A DNA stretch of 64,000 nucleotides, taken from sequence record MG748547. One strand, written 5' to 3'. A program made the position numbers and the translations under genes. This DNA comes from Escherichia phage EP75. This document shows, in pieces, positions 9,045 through 18,274 of the stretch. The notes beneath the pieces were generated by a model. The model searched no databases. It was not told the DNA's origin and saw only the letters and a program-made list of their open reading frames with translations. Positions within the stretch are counted from its first letter, which is position 1; each line of letters begins with the position of its first letter.

Positions 9045-9839
9045 ATGGCCATTCTAAAACTTGGCAACCGAGGTTCTGAAGTCAAATCACTTCAGCAAAG
9101 CCTCAATAAAATCGGGTTCTCTCTTATAGCTGATGGCATATTTGGTAAGGCGACCGAGAATGCTGTCAAATCCGTTCAGGCAGGTGCCGGACTGGTGATT
9201 GATGGTATTGCAGGTCCAAAAACCTTCTATGCTATCCGTAATGCCGGAGACGCTCATCAGGAACATCTTACCGAAGCCGACTTAGTTGACGCAGCGCGTG
9301 AACTTGGTGTCGAACTGGCCAGCATGAAAGCTGTTAACCAGGTCGAATCTCGGGGTACTGGTTTCACCAAAACAGGTAAGATCAAAACTCTGTTCGAGCG
9401 CCACATCATGTATAAGAAAGTGGCGGCTAAATTCGGACAAGCAAGAGCCAATGCTCTGTACCAACTTTACCCAACATTGGTTAACCCCAATTCTGGTGGC
9501 TATATCGGCGGAGACGCGGAGTTGGAACGCCTTCAGGGTGCAATCGCCCTTGATGAGGACTGCGCGTACGAGAGTGCGTCCTACGGCTTATTCCAGATCA
9601 TGGGGTTCAATTGCCAGATATGTGGTTATCCGAACGCCAAAGAAATGTTCACAGATTTTCTGACTGGTGAACGTGCACATCTTCTGGCATTTGTGAAATT
9701 CATCAAAGCTGACGCCAATATGTGGAAAGCATTGAAGAACAAAAATTGGGCTGAGTTCGCCCGTCGGTACAATGGTCCAGCATATGCCAAGAACCAGTAT
9801 GACACCAAACTAGCGGCGGCATACAAGAGTTTCTGTTAA
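9045..9839 (+). CDS. endolysin: peptidoglycan-binding domain plus N-acetylmuramidase-like domain
   Basis: N-terminal PG-binding-type repeat (GSEVKSLQQSLNKIGF...DGIFG...DGIAGPKT); C-terminal YGLFQIMG lysozyme-like motif. Confidence 0.6.
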   Translation: MAILKLGNRGSEVKSLQQSLNKIGFSLIADGIFGKATENAVKSVQAGAGLVIDGIAGPKTFYAIRNAGDAHQEHLTEADLVDAARELGVELASMKAVNQVESRGTGFTKTGKIKTLFERHIMYKKVAAKFGQARANALYQLYPTLVNPNSGGYIGGDAELERLQGAIALDEDCAYESASYGLFQIMGFNCQICGYPNAKEMFTDFLTGERAHLLAFVKFIKADANMWKALKNKNWAEFARRYNGPAYAKNQYDTKLAAAYKSFC

Positions 9840-9842
9840 CAA

Positions 9843-9867
9843 AAGGCCGGAAACGGCCTTTTTCTTT
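9843..9867 (+). terminator. intrinsic terminator
   Basis: aaggccg-gaaa-cggcctt hairpin followed by tttctttat. Confidence 0.6.
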
Positions 9868-9944
9868 ATCTAACATACAGGTATGCTGGGCACGTCGCTT
9901 AATTAAAGGTGTCGACAACCCCTGTAGATATAGGAAGGTTCAAC

Positions 9945-10784
9945 ATGCAATCTGCGTCTAAAGTTGTATCCATGAAGCCAGCGAAGACAAAATCTGCTCG
10001 TAAGAAAGACACCATCCAGAAGGAAGAAGACTGGATGAAGTTTTCCAAAGGCGATTTCAAAATTGCTCCGTTCAATGGCCTCTCAGAAAATCAGAACCTC
10101 GCATATCAATCCGCACTCAATGAACATCTCACTATCGCTATCGGTCCGGCAGGTACAGGCAAATCCTATTGTGGTGCGTCCGCTGCTGCCAAGCATCTGA
10201 TTGACAAAACCATCAACAAGATTATCATCACGCGTTCTCCTTTACCGACTGGAACCACAGCGGGGTTCCGGCCTGGTGACACATATGAAAAGCTGATGCC
10301 TTATTTGATGCCGCTCATACAGACATTCAAAAAGGTTCTCAAAACAGATACGGGTTCCGACGGTTTCTTCAACTATCTGTGGGAGAAACGCATCATAGAA
10401 ATTCAAGACCTTGAAACTGTGAAGGGGATGACTTTCGATGATTGTTTCCTGATTATCGAAGAGGCGCAGGAATGCGATATGGAGCAACTGAAAAACTTAT
10501 TGACTCGTGCTTCAGATTCTTCGTACATCTTCGTGAATGGAGATATCAAACAGTCTAACAAGCGACTGCGTGATAGTGCGTTACAGACGTATGTGGATTC
10601 CTTTAAAGACTTCAACAACAAGCTGGAAACAGGTTCTTTGCAAATTGACGGTGTAGAAATCGGAGATGAATATCCTGAGTGGGTTCAGCCATTCAGCATC
10701 ATCGAATTCGATAAGTCTGATCGTAATGGTCGCGGTAACTTCACCCGCCTGATGTTAGAAATTAACGACCTGTACAACATTTAA
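9945..10784 (+). CDS. phoH: PhoH-like ATPase
   Basis: Walker A GPAGTGKS, PhoH-like architecture; ATG 9945 with AGGAAGG RBS. Confidence 0.6.
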   Translation: MQSASKVVSMKPAKTKSARKKDTIQKEEDWMKFSKGDFKIAPFNGLSENQNLAYQSALNEHLTIAIGPAGTGKSYCGASAAAKHLIDKTINKIIITRSPLPTGTTAGFRPGDTYEKLMPYLMPLIQTFKKVLKTDTGSDGFFNYLWEKRIIEIQDLETVKGMTFDDCFLIIEEAQECDMEQLKNLLTRASDSSYIFVNGDIKQSNKRLRDSALQTYVDSFKDFNNKLETGSLQIDGVEIGDEYPEWVQPFSIIEFDKSDRNGRGNFTRLMLEINDLYNI

Positions 10785-10868
10785 ATACCACACGAACTTC
10801 CCCGTCGCCTTCAATCCATGGAGGCGACGTATAATAACAGCCTGCATTAACACAAACCGAGGATCGCT

Positions 10869-13145
10869 ATGATTAACATCATAAAGCGGGACGGATCTTC
10901 TGTCCCCTTTGACATTGAAAAACTCCACACTGTTCTTGAACGTGCCTGTGAAGGATTAGAAGGAGTTTCGGTGTCTGAGGTGGAAGCAGCATCGAAGATT
11001 CAGTTCACAGACAATATGAAAACCGAACGCATTCAGGATATTATCATCCAAGCGGCGGCTACATTGATTTCTGTAGAAAAACCCAACTACCAATATGTTG
11101 CTGCCCGCCTGAAATCGTATGACCTGCGCAAAGTCGTCTATGGGCGATACAAGCCACCTCACTTGCTTGATATATTCGCTAAAAACATCAAGCAGGGCGT
11201 TTATGATCGTGAATTCCTCGAACTCTATACGAAAGAAGAATTTGAAGAACTGAACACGGTCATCAATCACAAACGCGACAAGAATTTTACTTGGGCGGCT
11301 ATGGGCCAGCTCACGCAAAAATATCTTTTGCGCGATCGCTCAGCAGACAGCAAAGTATATTACGAAACGCCTCAAGTCATGTATATGGCGATCGCGATGG
11401 CTCTGTTCTCTGCATGGGATAAAGAAACTCGCCTGACGATGGTGAAGAAATTTTATGAATACGCCAGTACAGGTAAATTCAGTCTTCCAACACCCATCAT
11501 GTCCGGCGTTCGTACCCCAACCCGCCAATTCAGTTCTTGTGTTCTTATCAAAACCGGTGACACTTTGGACTCAATCAATGCTACAGCCAAAAGTATTGTT
11601 GATTATGTATCCAAACGCGCTGGGATCGGATTTGATGTCGGAGCAATTCGTGGCATCGGTAGCCCTATCCGAAAAGGTGAAATGGTGCACACAGGTCTGG
11701 TTCCTTTCATAAAATATCTGACTGGGGCATTAAAGTCTTGCTCTCAAGGCGGTATTCGTGGCGGATCAGCAACTTGCTATATCCCTATCTGGCATTATCA
11801 ATTTGATGATGTTGTGGTCCTGAAGAACAACCGTGGTCTTGAAGAGAACCGTGAACGCCGTATCGACTATGGTATTCAGATCAACCGCGTCATGTTCGAA
11901 CGTCTGGTGAACAAACAACCCCTGTATTTGTTCGATCCGAAAGACAACCGCGATATGTACGAAGCGTTTTTCGCAGATGTCGATAAGTTCCGTACCCTGT
12001 ACGACAACATGGTCAAAGCTGCTGATGCTGGTTTGGTTCGTGCCAAGAAGATGAATGCGGAAGAAGTATTCCAGATGTTGTTGGATCAGCGTTCAGATAC
12101 AGGCCGCATCTACATCGCGTTTGTCGACCACATGAACCAGTACAGTCCATTCAATCTAGACACAATCTATAGTTCTAATCTGTGTCTGGAGATTGCGCTT
12201 CCTACTCGTGAGTTCCAACAGTATGATGATGAAGATGGTCGCATTGCCCTGTGTACACTCGCATCATTTAACCTGACGGCGTTTGAAGATCCAACAGAAA
12301 TGGAAGATGTTGCTTTCGTTCTGGTTTCAGCTTTGGATATGTTGTTGGAATATCAGGACTACCCAGCTCGCCAAGCCCGTTTGGCTGTAGAAGAATATCG
12401 TCCTCTGGGTATCGGTATCGTCAACGTCGCGCATTTCCTGGCCAAGAACTTCACGGGTTATGGATCGCCTGTCGGATTAGAACTTCTAGACAAGTGGATG
12501 GCACATCTTCATTTCTACTTGGTCAAAGCGTCCAACCGTCTGGCCATGCGTTTCGGATCTTGTAAGAAGTCAACTATCCATGATTCTGGATTTGTGACAG
12601 CAGACCTTCAGCCTCTCCCGCTAGACATCCTACCCAATGGCAAAAAGCCTGTTGGGCAAGCCTATGGTCTTGACTGGGAAGGTCTGAAGCAGAACCTATC
12701 CGAGTATGGGATCCGTAACGCCACGTTGTTAGCCGTAGCACCAACTGAAAGCTCCTCTCAGGTGCTGAACGCAACGAACGGTATAGAACCACCAAAAGGT
12801 CTCATCAGCATCAAAGGCAGCAAGGACGGCGTCTATAAACAGATCGTTCCGGATGTAGAAACCCTTGGTCCTCTATATGACCTGAAATGGAATTTGGATT
12901 GTATTGAATACCTGAAGACGGCTGCGGTCATACAACGTTGGGTAGATCAATCTATCAGCACCAACACATGGTATGACCCAGAGAAATATCCAGAAGGCAA
13001 GATCCCGCGCTCTCTTATGATGCAGGATATTCTGTCTTTCTACATGTGGGGTGGTAAAACTCTGTATTACAACACCAACAAAGACTCCAAGGAAGACGAG
13101 GAGTTGTCTCAGGCTGTTGTTGAATGTGACACCTGTGTTGTTTGA
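10869..13145 (+). CDS. nrdA: ribonucleotide reductase class Ia large subunit
   Basis: 758 aa; N-terminal ATP-cone (IIKRDGS...FDIEKL); typical NrdA size; followed by nrdB. Confidence 0.8.
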   Translation: MINIIKRDGSSVPFDIEKLHTVLERACEGLEGVSVSEVEAASKIQFTDNMKTERIQDIIIQAAATLISVEKPNYQYVAARLKSYDLRKVVYGRYKPPHLLDIFAKNIKQGVYDREFLELYTKEEFEELNTVINHKRDKNFTWAAMGQLTQKYLLRDRSADSKVYYETPQVMYMAIAMALFSAWDKETRLTMVKKFYEYASTGKFSLPTPIMSGVRTPTRQFSSCVLIKTGDTLDSINATAKSIVDYVSKRAGIGFDVGAIRGIGSPIRKGEMVHTGLVPFIKYLTGALKSCSQGGIRGGSATCYIPIWHYQFDDVVVLKNNRGLEENRERRIDYGIQINRVMFERLVNKQPLYLFDPKDNRDMYEAFFADVDKFRTLYDNMVKAADAGLVRAKKMNAEEVFQMLLDQRSDTGRIYIAFVDHMNQYSPFNLDTIYSSNLCLEIALPTREFQQYDDEDGRIALCTLASFNLTAFEDPTEMEDVAFVLVSALDMLLEYQDYPARQARLAVEEYRPLGIGIVNVAHFLAKNFTGYGSPVGLELLDKWMAHLHFYLVKASNRLAMRFGSCKKSTIHDSGFVTADLQPLPLDILPNGKKPVGQAYGLDWEGLKQNLSEYGIRNATLLAVAPTESSSQVLNATNGIEPPKGLISIKGSKDGVYKQIVPDVETLGPLYDLKWNLDCIEYLKTAAVIQRWVDQSISTNTWYDPEKYPEGKIPRSLMMQDILSFYMWGGKTLYYNTNKDSKEDEELSQAVVECDTCVV

Positions 13146-13177
13146 TTAGGTCTATACAACACAAACGTTTAATATCA

Positions 13178-13203
13178 GGGGTGATTCGTCACCCCTTATT
13201 CAT
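13178..13203 (+). terminator. hairpin between nrdA and nrdB (attenuator or weak terminator)
   Basis: ggggtga-ttcg-tcacccc followed by ttattcat. Confidence 0.35.
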
Positions 13204-13215
13204 CAGGAAAGAAAT

Positions 13216-14319
13216 ATGAACGAACAAAAGCAATTTTCAGTATTTGACCCATCTTCAGATAATACAGGTTTACCGTTCTTTGGCGACCCTGTGAGCATCC
13301 AACGTTATGACAAAGTCGCATGGCCTTTTGTGCAGAAATGGTATGAAAAAGGTCTTAGTCAATTCTGGCGTCCGGAAGAAGTAGACGTGACTAAAGACAA
13401 AGCCGACTTTGCCACACTCTCCGCAGCAGAACAACACATTTACTTCAGCAATCTGAAACGGCAGACCATGCTGGATTCTATTCAGGGTGCCGCCCCTGAC
13501 GAGGCGTTCAAGGTGTGGACTTCAACGCCTGAAATGCAGTTCGCTGTACAGGAATGGTGTCGTCAGGAATCTATTCACTCCCTGTCGTACACGCACATCC
13601 TGCGCAATACGGTGAACGACCCTGGCATCGTGTTTGACCACCTCCTGGACGATGCCGAAATCGTAGACTGTGCCAAGCAGATCAGCACCTACTACGACGA
13701 TATGGTGCGTTATAGCGGAATGCGCATGGCGGGACGTTTGTTTACCCGTGATGATATCATGAACGCCAAGCGTGCATTCTGGCGTGCTCTATTTGCCGCC
13801 AACTCCCTCGAAGGCGTCCGTTTCTATGTTTCATTTGCGTGTTCTTGGGCTTTCATGCAATTCCTCAACAAAATGGAAGGCAACGCTAAAATCATCCGTC
13901 AGATTGCTCGTGATGAGCAAGACCATTTGATCCTCACCCAAACACTGCTGAACCGTCTACCACTGATGGACCCTGATTTTGCCATTATCAGAGAAGAACT
14001 GCGTGGCGAAATGACCCAGATGTATGTGGATGTGGTCAACCAAGAGAAAGAGTGGGCGAACTATCTGTTCAAAGACGGATCCATGCTGGGTCTGAACGCA
14101 AATATCTTACACCAAATGGTTGATTGGCTAGCAACACATCGTATGGGCGCGATTGGCCACCCGTACCCTGGGCAAGCCCGTAAAGACAATCCGGTTCCAT
14201 GGATAAATGAGTGGCTAGATAATAAAACAATGCAATACGCATTACAGGAAGCGGAAGCCCCTGATTATCTGACTGGTGTCCTTACTGGATCAGTCTCCGA
14301 CGGTCTGAAATTTGTTTAA
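13216..14319 (+). CDS. nrdB: ribonucleotide reductase class Ia small subunit
   Basis: 367 aa immediately downstream of nrdA; ferritin-like R2 size and position; ORF uninterrupted. Confidence 0.75.
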   Translation: MNEQKQFSVFDPSSDNTGLPFFGDPVSIQRYDKVAWPFVQKWYEKGLSQFWRPEEVDVTKDKADFATLSAAEQHIYFSNLKRQTMLDSIQGAAPDEAFKVWTSTPEMQFAVQEWCRQESIHSLSYTHILRNTVNDPGIVFDHLLDDAEIVDCAKQISTYYDDMVRYSGMRMAGRLFTRDDIMNAKRAFWRALFAANSLEGVRFYVSFACSWAFMQFLNKMEGNAKIIRQIARDEQDHLILTQTLLNRLPLMDPDFAIIREELRGEMTQMYVDVVNQEKEWANYLFKDGSMLGLNANILHQMVDWLATHRMGAIGHPYPGQARKDNPVPWINEWLDNKTMQYALQEAEAPDYLTGVLTGSVSDGLKFV

Positions 14320-14328
14320 AGGTGAGAA

Positions 14329-14553
14329 ATGATTACGATCTATTCCAAACAAGGTTGTGCGCAGTGTTTACAAGCCGAAAACATCTGCCGCATTCGCGGT
14401 ATTGAACACAAGATTCTGAAACTTGATAAAGATTACAAGCTGGAAGAATTACAGAAAATCACTGGTAAACAGCGCATGTCTATGCCCGTGATTGTCCTGG
14501 CTGATCAAACCGTGACCGATGTTACTGGACTCGCCGCAAGTTTAAAACGTTGA
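14329..14553 (+). CDS. NrdH/glutaredoxin-like redoxin
   Basis: 74 aa, CAQC active-site motif near N-terminus, directly downstream of nrdAB. Confidence 0.6.
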   Translation: MITIYSKQGCAQCLQAENICRIRGIEHKILKLDKDYKLEELQKITGKQRMSMPVIVLADQTVTDVTGLAASLKR

Positions 14554-14560
14554 TATTTCA

Positions 14561-14589
14561 AAGCCCCTGATCCAGGGGCTTTACTTTTG
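14561..14589 (+). terminator. intrinsic terminator
   Basis: agcccctg-atc-caggggct hairpin followed by ttacttttg. Confidence 0.55.
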
Positions 14590-14608
14590 AAACCTTCCCG
14601 CCTATACT
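14580..14608 (+). promoter_or_regulatory. sigma70-type early promoter (TTTACT -35, 17-nt spacer, TATACT -10)
   Basis: -35 14580-14585, -10 14603-14608, terminator-promoter junction as at 1877-1918. Confidence 0.4.
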
Positions 14609-14659
14609 TCCCAGTAATTCATTGGCAAACGCCACAAATTGAACAGCAGGAACTATATC

Positions 14660-14893
14660 ATGACCAATTCTGAAATATATCATGCTTCTATGCATTATCA
14701 TGACCTACGCGCCCGTCCAGGACACGCCAAACAAAAAGCATTCTGGGTAGCAGAACTCAGATTACGCCGTGCTGTCGTTAACCACCAAATAATCATGAAT
14801 CGGAAAAACGACAAATCACCGTTGTTGGCAGATTCTTATCTTGAACTCCGCACAGCCTATGAACAAGCCAAACAGCACGTAATAGGAGCATAA
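14660..14893 (+). CDS. hypothetical protein
   Basis: ATG at 14660 with AGGA RBS inside the conserved 24-nt element; the track ORF from TTG 14639 probably over-extends. Confidence 0.4.
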   Translation: MTNSEIYHASMHYHDLRARPGHAKQKAFWVAELRLRRAVVNHQIIMNRKNDKSPLLADSYLELRTAYEQAKQHVIGA

Positions 14894-14894
14894 T

Positions 14895-15356
14895 ATGTCC
14901 AACAAATTACTCACCAACCCCCGCCACAACTTTGGTTATATCCAATTACCAGAAGTGATAGACACGTTGTTTGCTGAAGACAAGGAAGAAGTTTGTTGGG
15001 CACCAACGACTCTTATTGAACGTGAAATTTTCAAATCTGAAGTGGATGTGATGTTCCGCATCGGTTCATTCGGAGACCTTCATTATTTGGGAAAAGTGAC
15101 TGAGTTAAAGACCTGTCACGCTCAAAGATTTTTGCGCATTGACACCACTCAATGTGAAGACATTTCATTCAGCATTCTGCGTGAATATGTTCAGGTCAAT
15201 CGCCCTGTGTACCAGCACCGCCCTTACCTGACGTCTATGCATATAGACAATTATATTTCTGACATTCATTTACGTGCATCAACTATCCATGAAGAAGATT
15301 CTGGTATCGCGGTTGATACAGTACTCAATATGATCGTCATTACTTTGGTGCCGTGA
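14895..15356 (+). CDS. hypothetical protein
   Basis: 153-aa ORF with AGGAG RBS. Confidence 0.45.
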   Translation: MSNKLLTNPRHNFGYIQLPEVIDTLFAEDKEEVCWAPTTLIEREIFKSEVDVMFRIGSFGDLHYLGKVTELKTCHAQRFLRIDTTQCEDISFSILREYVQVNRPVYQHRPYLTSMHIDNYISDIHLRASTIHEEDSGIAVDTVLNMIVITLVP

Positions 15357-15357
15357 T

Positions 15358-15696
15358 ATGTACAAATTCCCGATATTAGAAACGGTGTACTCTGTTCACA
15401 AAAAGGAAGGTCCATTATTTGAAAATTTGGATATTCTGTTAAAGGAAAATGTCCGTATCCCTCTGGTTCTAAAGGGAAAGCAAATAGGATATAGCCATGA
15501 CTGCCAAATAATGCGTTCTGAAGGCATCGACGTCTTACGCATCCGTCTAACATTTGTGTTGACAGGTGATCTGGACGGTATGGTGGTTAATCTGAAACCA
15601 ACCACCATAGTCCACAGAACGGGTGGGAAAATATTATATCGTTTATTAACTCATTTTGAGATAGTGACAAAATGTTCTGCCACCGACGTTCTTTGA
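15358..15696 (+). CDS. hypothetical protein
   Basis: 112-aa ORF; last gene of the plus-strand block before the strand switch. Confidence 0.4.
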   Translation: MYKFPILETVYSVHKKEGPLFENLDILLKENVRIPLVLKGKQIGYSHDCQIMRSEGIDVLRIRLTFVLTGDLDGMVVNLKPTTIVHRTGGKILYRLLTHFEIVTKCSATDVL

Positions 15697-16077
15697 TCAA
15701 TTTGTCCGTTTCAACCATATGGTATCTGTTATCGGCTCTGGGTTGTTAACCACATAAAAAGTTATGGTTACGCCCAGAGAATGATAATCGTCAGACAATG
15801 ACACATCAACTGATTGTATCTCCGCTCTCGGTTCAAATAAAGCAATCGCGTCTTCAACTTTGTTTTTAACGTCAACCTGAATTGTGGGGTTTGTATTTTC
15901 CCCCAGCATGGTATACAGCCCAGCTCCGATACTTGGGTATGTCGGCCAATCCCCAACAGTCGACATCACGATATTCCGCACGGATTGCAACACGGCATAA
16001 ACACCTGTTTTCTTAGTGACATCTTTGGTGACCGGATGCATGCCAAACTTCAGGTCAATGTCCTTGTACTCTTTCAT
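15697..16077 (-). CDS. 25: baseplate wedge protein (T4 gp25-like)
   Basis: Internal Met start at 16077; gp25/GPW-family-like core and size (~126 aa); adjacent to the gp5-like gene. Confidence 0.5.
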   Translation of the reverse strand: MKEYKDIDLKFGMHPVTKDVTKKTGVYAVLQSVRNIVMSTVGDWPTYPSIGAGLYTMLGENTNPTIQVDVKNKVEDAIALFEPRAEIQSVDVSLSDDYHSLGVTITFYVVNNPEPITDTIWLKRTN

Positions 16078-16141
16078 GTTAAACCCCTTTGGATATTGCC
16101 TCTCCGGCACGAGAGGGCAATATCTGCCCTCGCCAGTGTAA

Positions 16142-17767
16142 TCATGCGTCTTTACCACCAAAGTTGCCGCCATTATCCTCTAGTTCCGGTTTTATATCAA
16201 TTGGACCAGGACCAGAAGTAGATACTGGAGTTGCCCCAGCGCGTGATGCAGCACGACCAGCACCTTCAGCATATTTGATGTTGCCTTCAATAGTCTGCGC
16301 CACCGACAACTTATCACAAACTATTTCACTAGCCAGTATTTTAGGCACTTTCAAAGTATTGGAAACTTCCAACATCTCGCAGATGATACGCATCACGTTT
16401 TGCGCTTGAATTTCGGCCAGCTGTGAAAATTTCAACAGCGCCGTGCCAGCAACCACATTGGAATAGTTCGATGAATGTAGATGATAGACCTCACCTGTCT
16501 TGCGCTGAACTTCAGTCCCACCAATGGTCAGGTTGTGATCACGACCAACATAGTAACGTTTGTCAAACATCGTCAGATCATAGTGATCTTTAACTGATTT
16601 ATTGACCACGTCCCCGTCAGGAAGCATCTGCTTATAAGACCCCGAGGAGTGCATCCAATGGAGACGTTCCCCGCCTGGTGTGTCATCAACCTCCATAATA
16701 TGTCCCGAACGAGATGCCATGACATTGTTGTAAGGATAACGAGACCCGCCAGCAGAAGGAACCGACACCTCTCCTGTGTTATCAATATCTTGAACACGCC
16801 CAGAAGGAGGCGGAGTTTCCTGAACTTTTGGTGTACGATCAGGGATTGGCTCAGACCATTTACCATTTTGTTGTGTAGGAGCCGCCGATGCTGTCGTAGC
16901 AGGACCAGGCCAACGATAACCCAACACAGATGAGCGGCTGAAGCGACTCACCTTCACAGAATCTGATTGGTTGCCTCCAATACACCAAACATAATTGGCA
17001 TCGAATTTCTGCACGAACGCAACGTGTCCGAATGTTGGGTTGTTGCCACGCCGGAATACAACAACAGCGCCGTAGCGGGGTTCCGACAAAGGGGAACCCC
17101 ATTGCAAATATGAACGAGCCAAAGCCGAGCGCGTTGAAGTGTATCCTGCTTGGATCAACACCCATCCCACAAATGATGCACACCAGCTGACTTCATCTTC
17201 CGAAGCGCCCAAAGATGTTGTCTTGTGATATTCCAAAATCCTTGGGTTATTATTGAATTTACCAGAATATTCTTTGACACCTAATTCACCACGAGCCACT
17301 GTCATCCATTTCTCAGGATCATAACCGTCCACAGGAGGTTGAGGTTCTGGTTGAGGTTCGTCTTCAATCTTGACAGGAACATTTTCAACGGCGTTATATT
17401 TCTGCCTTTCTATAGATTGAACGACCTGGCCCAGCGCCAACGGGTTTGTGTCTGAACCATCTGTTGGTGTCGCCGCTGGCCAAACCCAGGCGATACGAAT
17501 ATTTTGGTATGCTTCATCCAAAGCAAAACCCATAACATCCGACCCGACTGTAATACCCGTTGGAGACCAGCCTAAACCTGCCGAGGAGGCGTTAGATGCT
17601 GGCATGAGCATTTTACCCCAAGGCAATAATTCGGTAGGTAAGAGAGTGGTATCTTCCGTGTGTACACCATAGATGCGCACAGCGACGCGCCCGTTCTGGT
17701 CGGGATCATTCACGTCTTCAACGCGCCCGTAAAACCAACGCAAGTTGTCTAACATATTGAAACCCAT
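16142..17767 (-). CDS. 5: baseplate hub/cell-puncturing protein (gp5-like) with central CHAP peptidase domain
   Basis: N-terminal gp5 OB-fold-like segment (NLRWFYGRVEDVNDPDQNGRVAVRIYGVH); central Cys/His pair (SWCASFVGW ... GHVAFV) typical of CHAP domains; no lysozyme motif. Confidence 0.6.
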   Translation of the reverse strand: MGFNMLDNLRWFYGRVEDVNDPDQNGRVAVRIYGVHTEDTTLLPTELLPWGKMLMPASNASSAGLGWSPTGITVGSDVMGFALDEAYQNIRIAWVWPAATPTDGSDTNPLALGQVVQSIERQKYNAVENVPVKIEDEPQPEPQPPVDGYDPEKWMTVARGELGVKEYSGKFNNNPRILEYHKTTSLGASEDEVSWCASFVGWVLIQAGYTSTRSALARSYLQWGSPLSEPRYGAVVVFRRGNNPTFGHVAFVQKFDANYVWCIGGNQSDSVKVSRFSRSSVLGYRWPGPATTASAAPTQQNGKWSEPIPDRTPKVQETPPPSGRVQDIDNTGEVSVPSAGGSRYPYNNVMASRSGHIMEVDDTPGGERLHWMHSSGSYKQMLPDGDVVNKSVKDHYDLTMFDKRYYVGRDHNLTIGGTEVQRKTGEVYHLHSSNYSNVVAGTALLKFSQLAEIQAQNVMRIICEMLEVSNTLKVPKILASEIVCDKLSVAQTIEGNIKYAEGAGRAASRAGATPVSTSGPGPIDIKPELEDNGGNFGGKDA

Positions 17768-17788
17768 TAGTCAATTAGAATCATGGGT

Positions 17789-17796
17789 TATTTATG
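17789..17796 (-). promoter_or_regulatory. candidate late promoter (CATAAATA, 7/8 match to T4 TATAAATA)
   Basis: Minus-strand CATAAATA 22 nt upstream of the gp5-like ATG at 17767. Confidence 0.35.
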
Positions 17797-18093
17797 GCGG
17801 GGATTTGAAATCTGTCGAATAGTAATATTATAGGAAGCTCTGCTTCCGTTCAACTTTATTCTTTTCATTTCTACTCGCTGAAGCTCGTAACACCGCCTTG
17901 ACAGGCAGTCCCATTCCAATGCCATGGAGGCATAAAGGCGAGGAAAATACTGTACACCTCAGAACATGCGTAGAAAAGGATTATTTTTGCTTCAAAACAA
18001 ATTCAAACCCCAATTTACACAACACTTACTTCAGCAACAACGGTTTTATAGCAATTTAAGGTTAAACGTTCCTGTCTTAACCTATAAAACAGT

Positions 18094-18123
18094 TAAGCAA
18101 AGAAAACCCCACATTACGTGGGG
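18094..18123 (-). terminator. intrinsic terminator (minus strand)
   Basis: ccccac-attac-gtgggg hairpin (18107-18123); on the minus strand it is followed by ttttctttgc. Confidence 0.5.
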
Positions 18124-18274
18124 TTGGAAGATTTCTTAGACAATCGGATCTTCAGTGTCTCTGTTAGCAAATCAAGATGCCAAGGCATCGACTCGCTTAT
18201 TTCAAATATGCTATAGCCATGTGCCTTTAATTCGTCACACATCACAAAGTAGGAGAGTAAATCAATTTCAAAAA

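Noticed and set aside
10869-14319. Possible group I intron or intein in nrdA or nrdB
   Set aside because: Both ORFs are continuous and of canonical length, with no internal stops or insertions.
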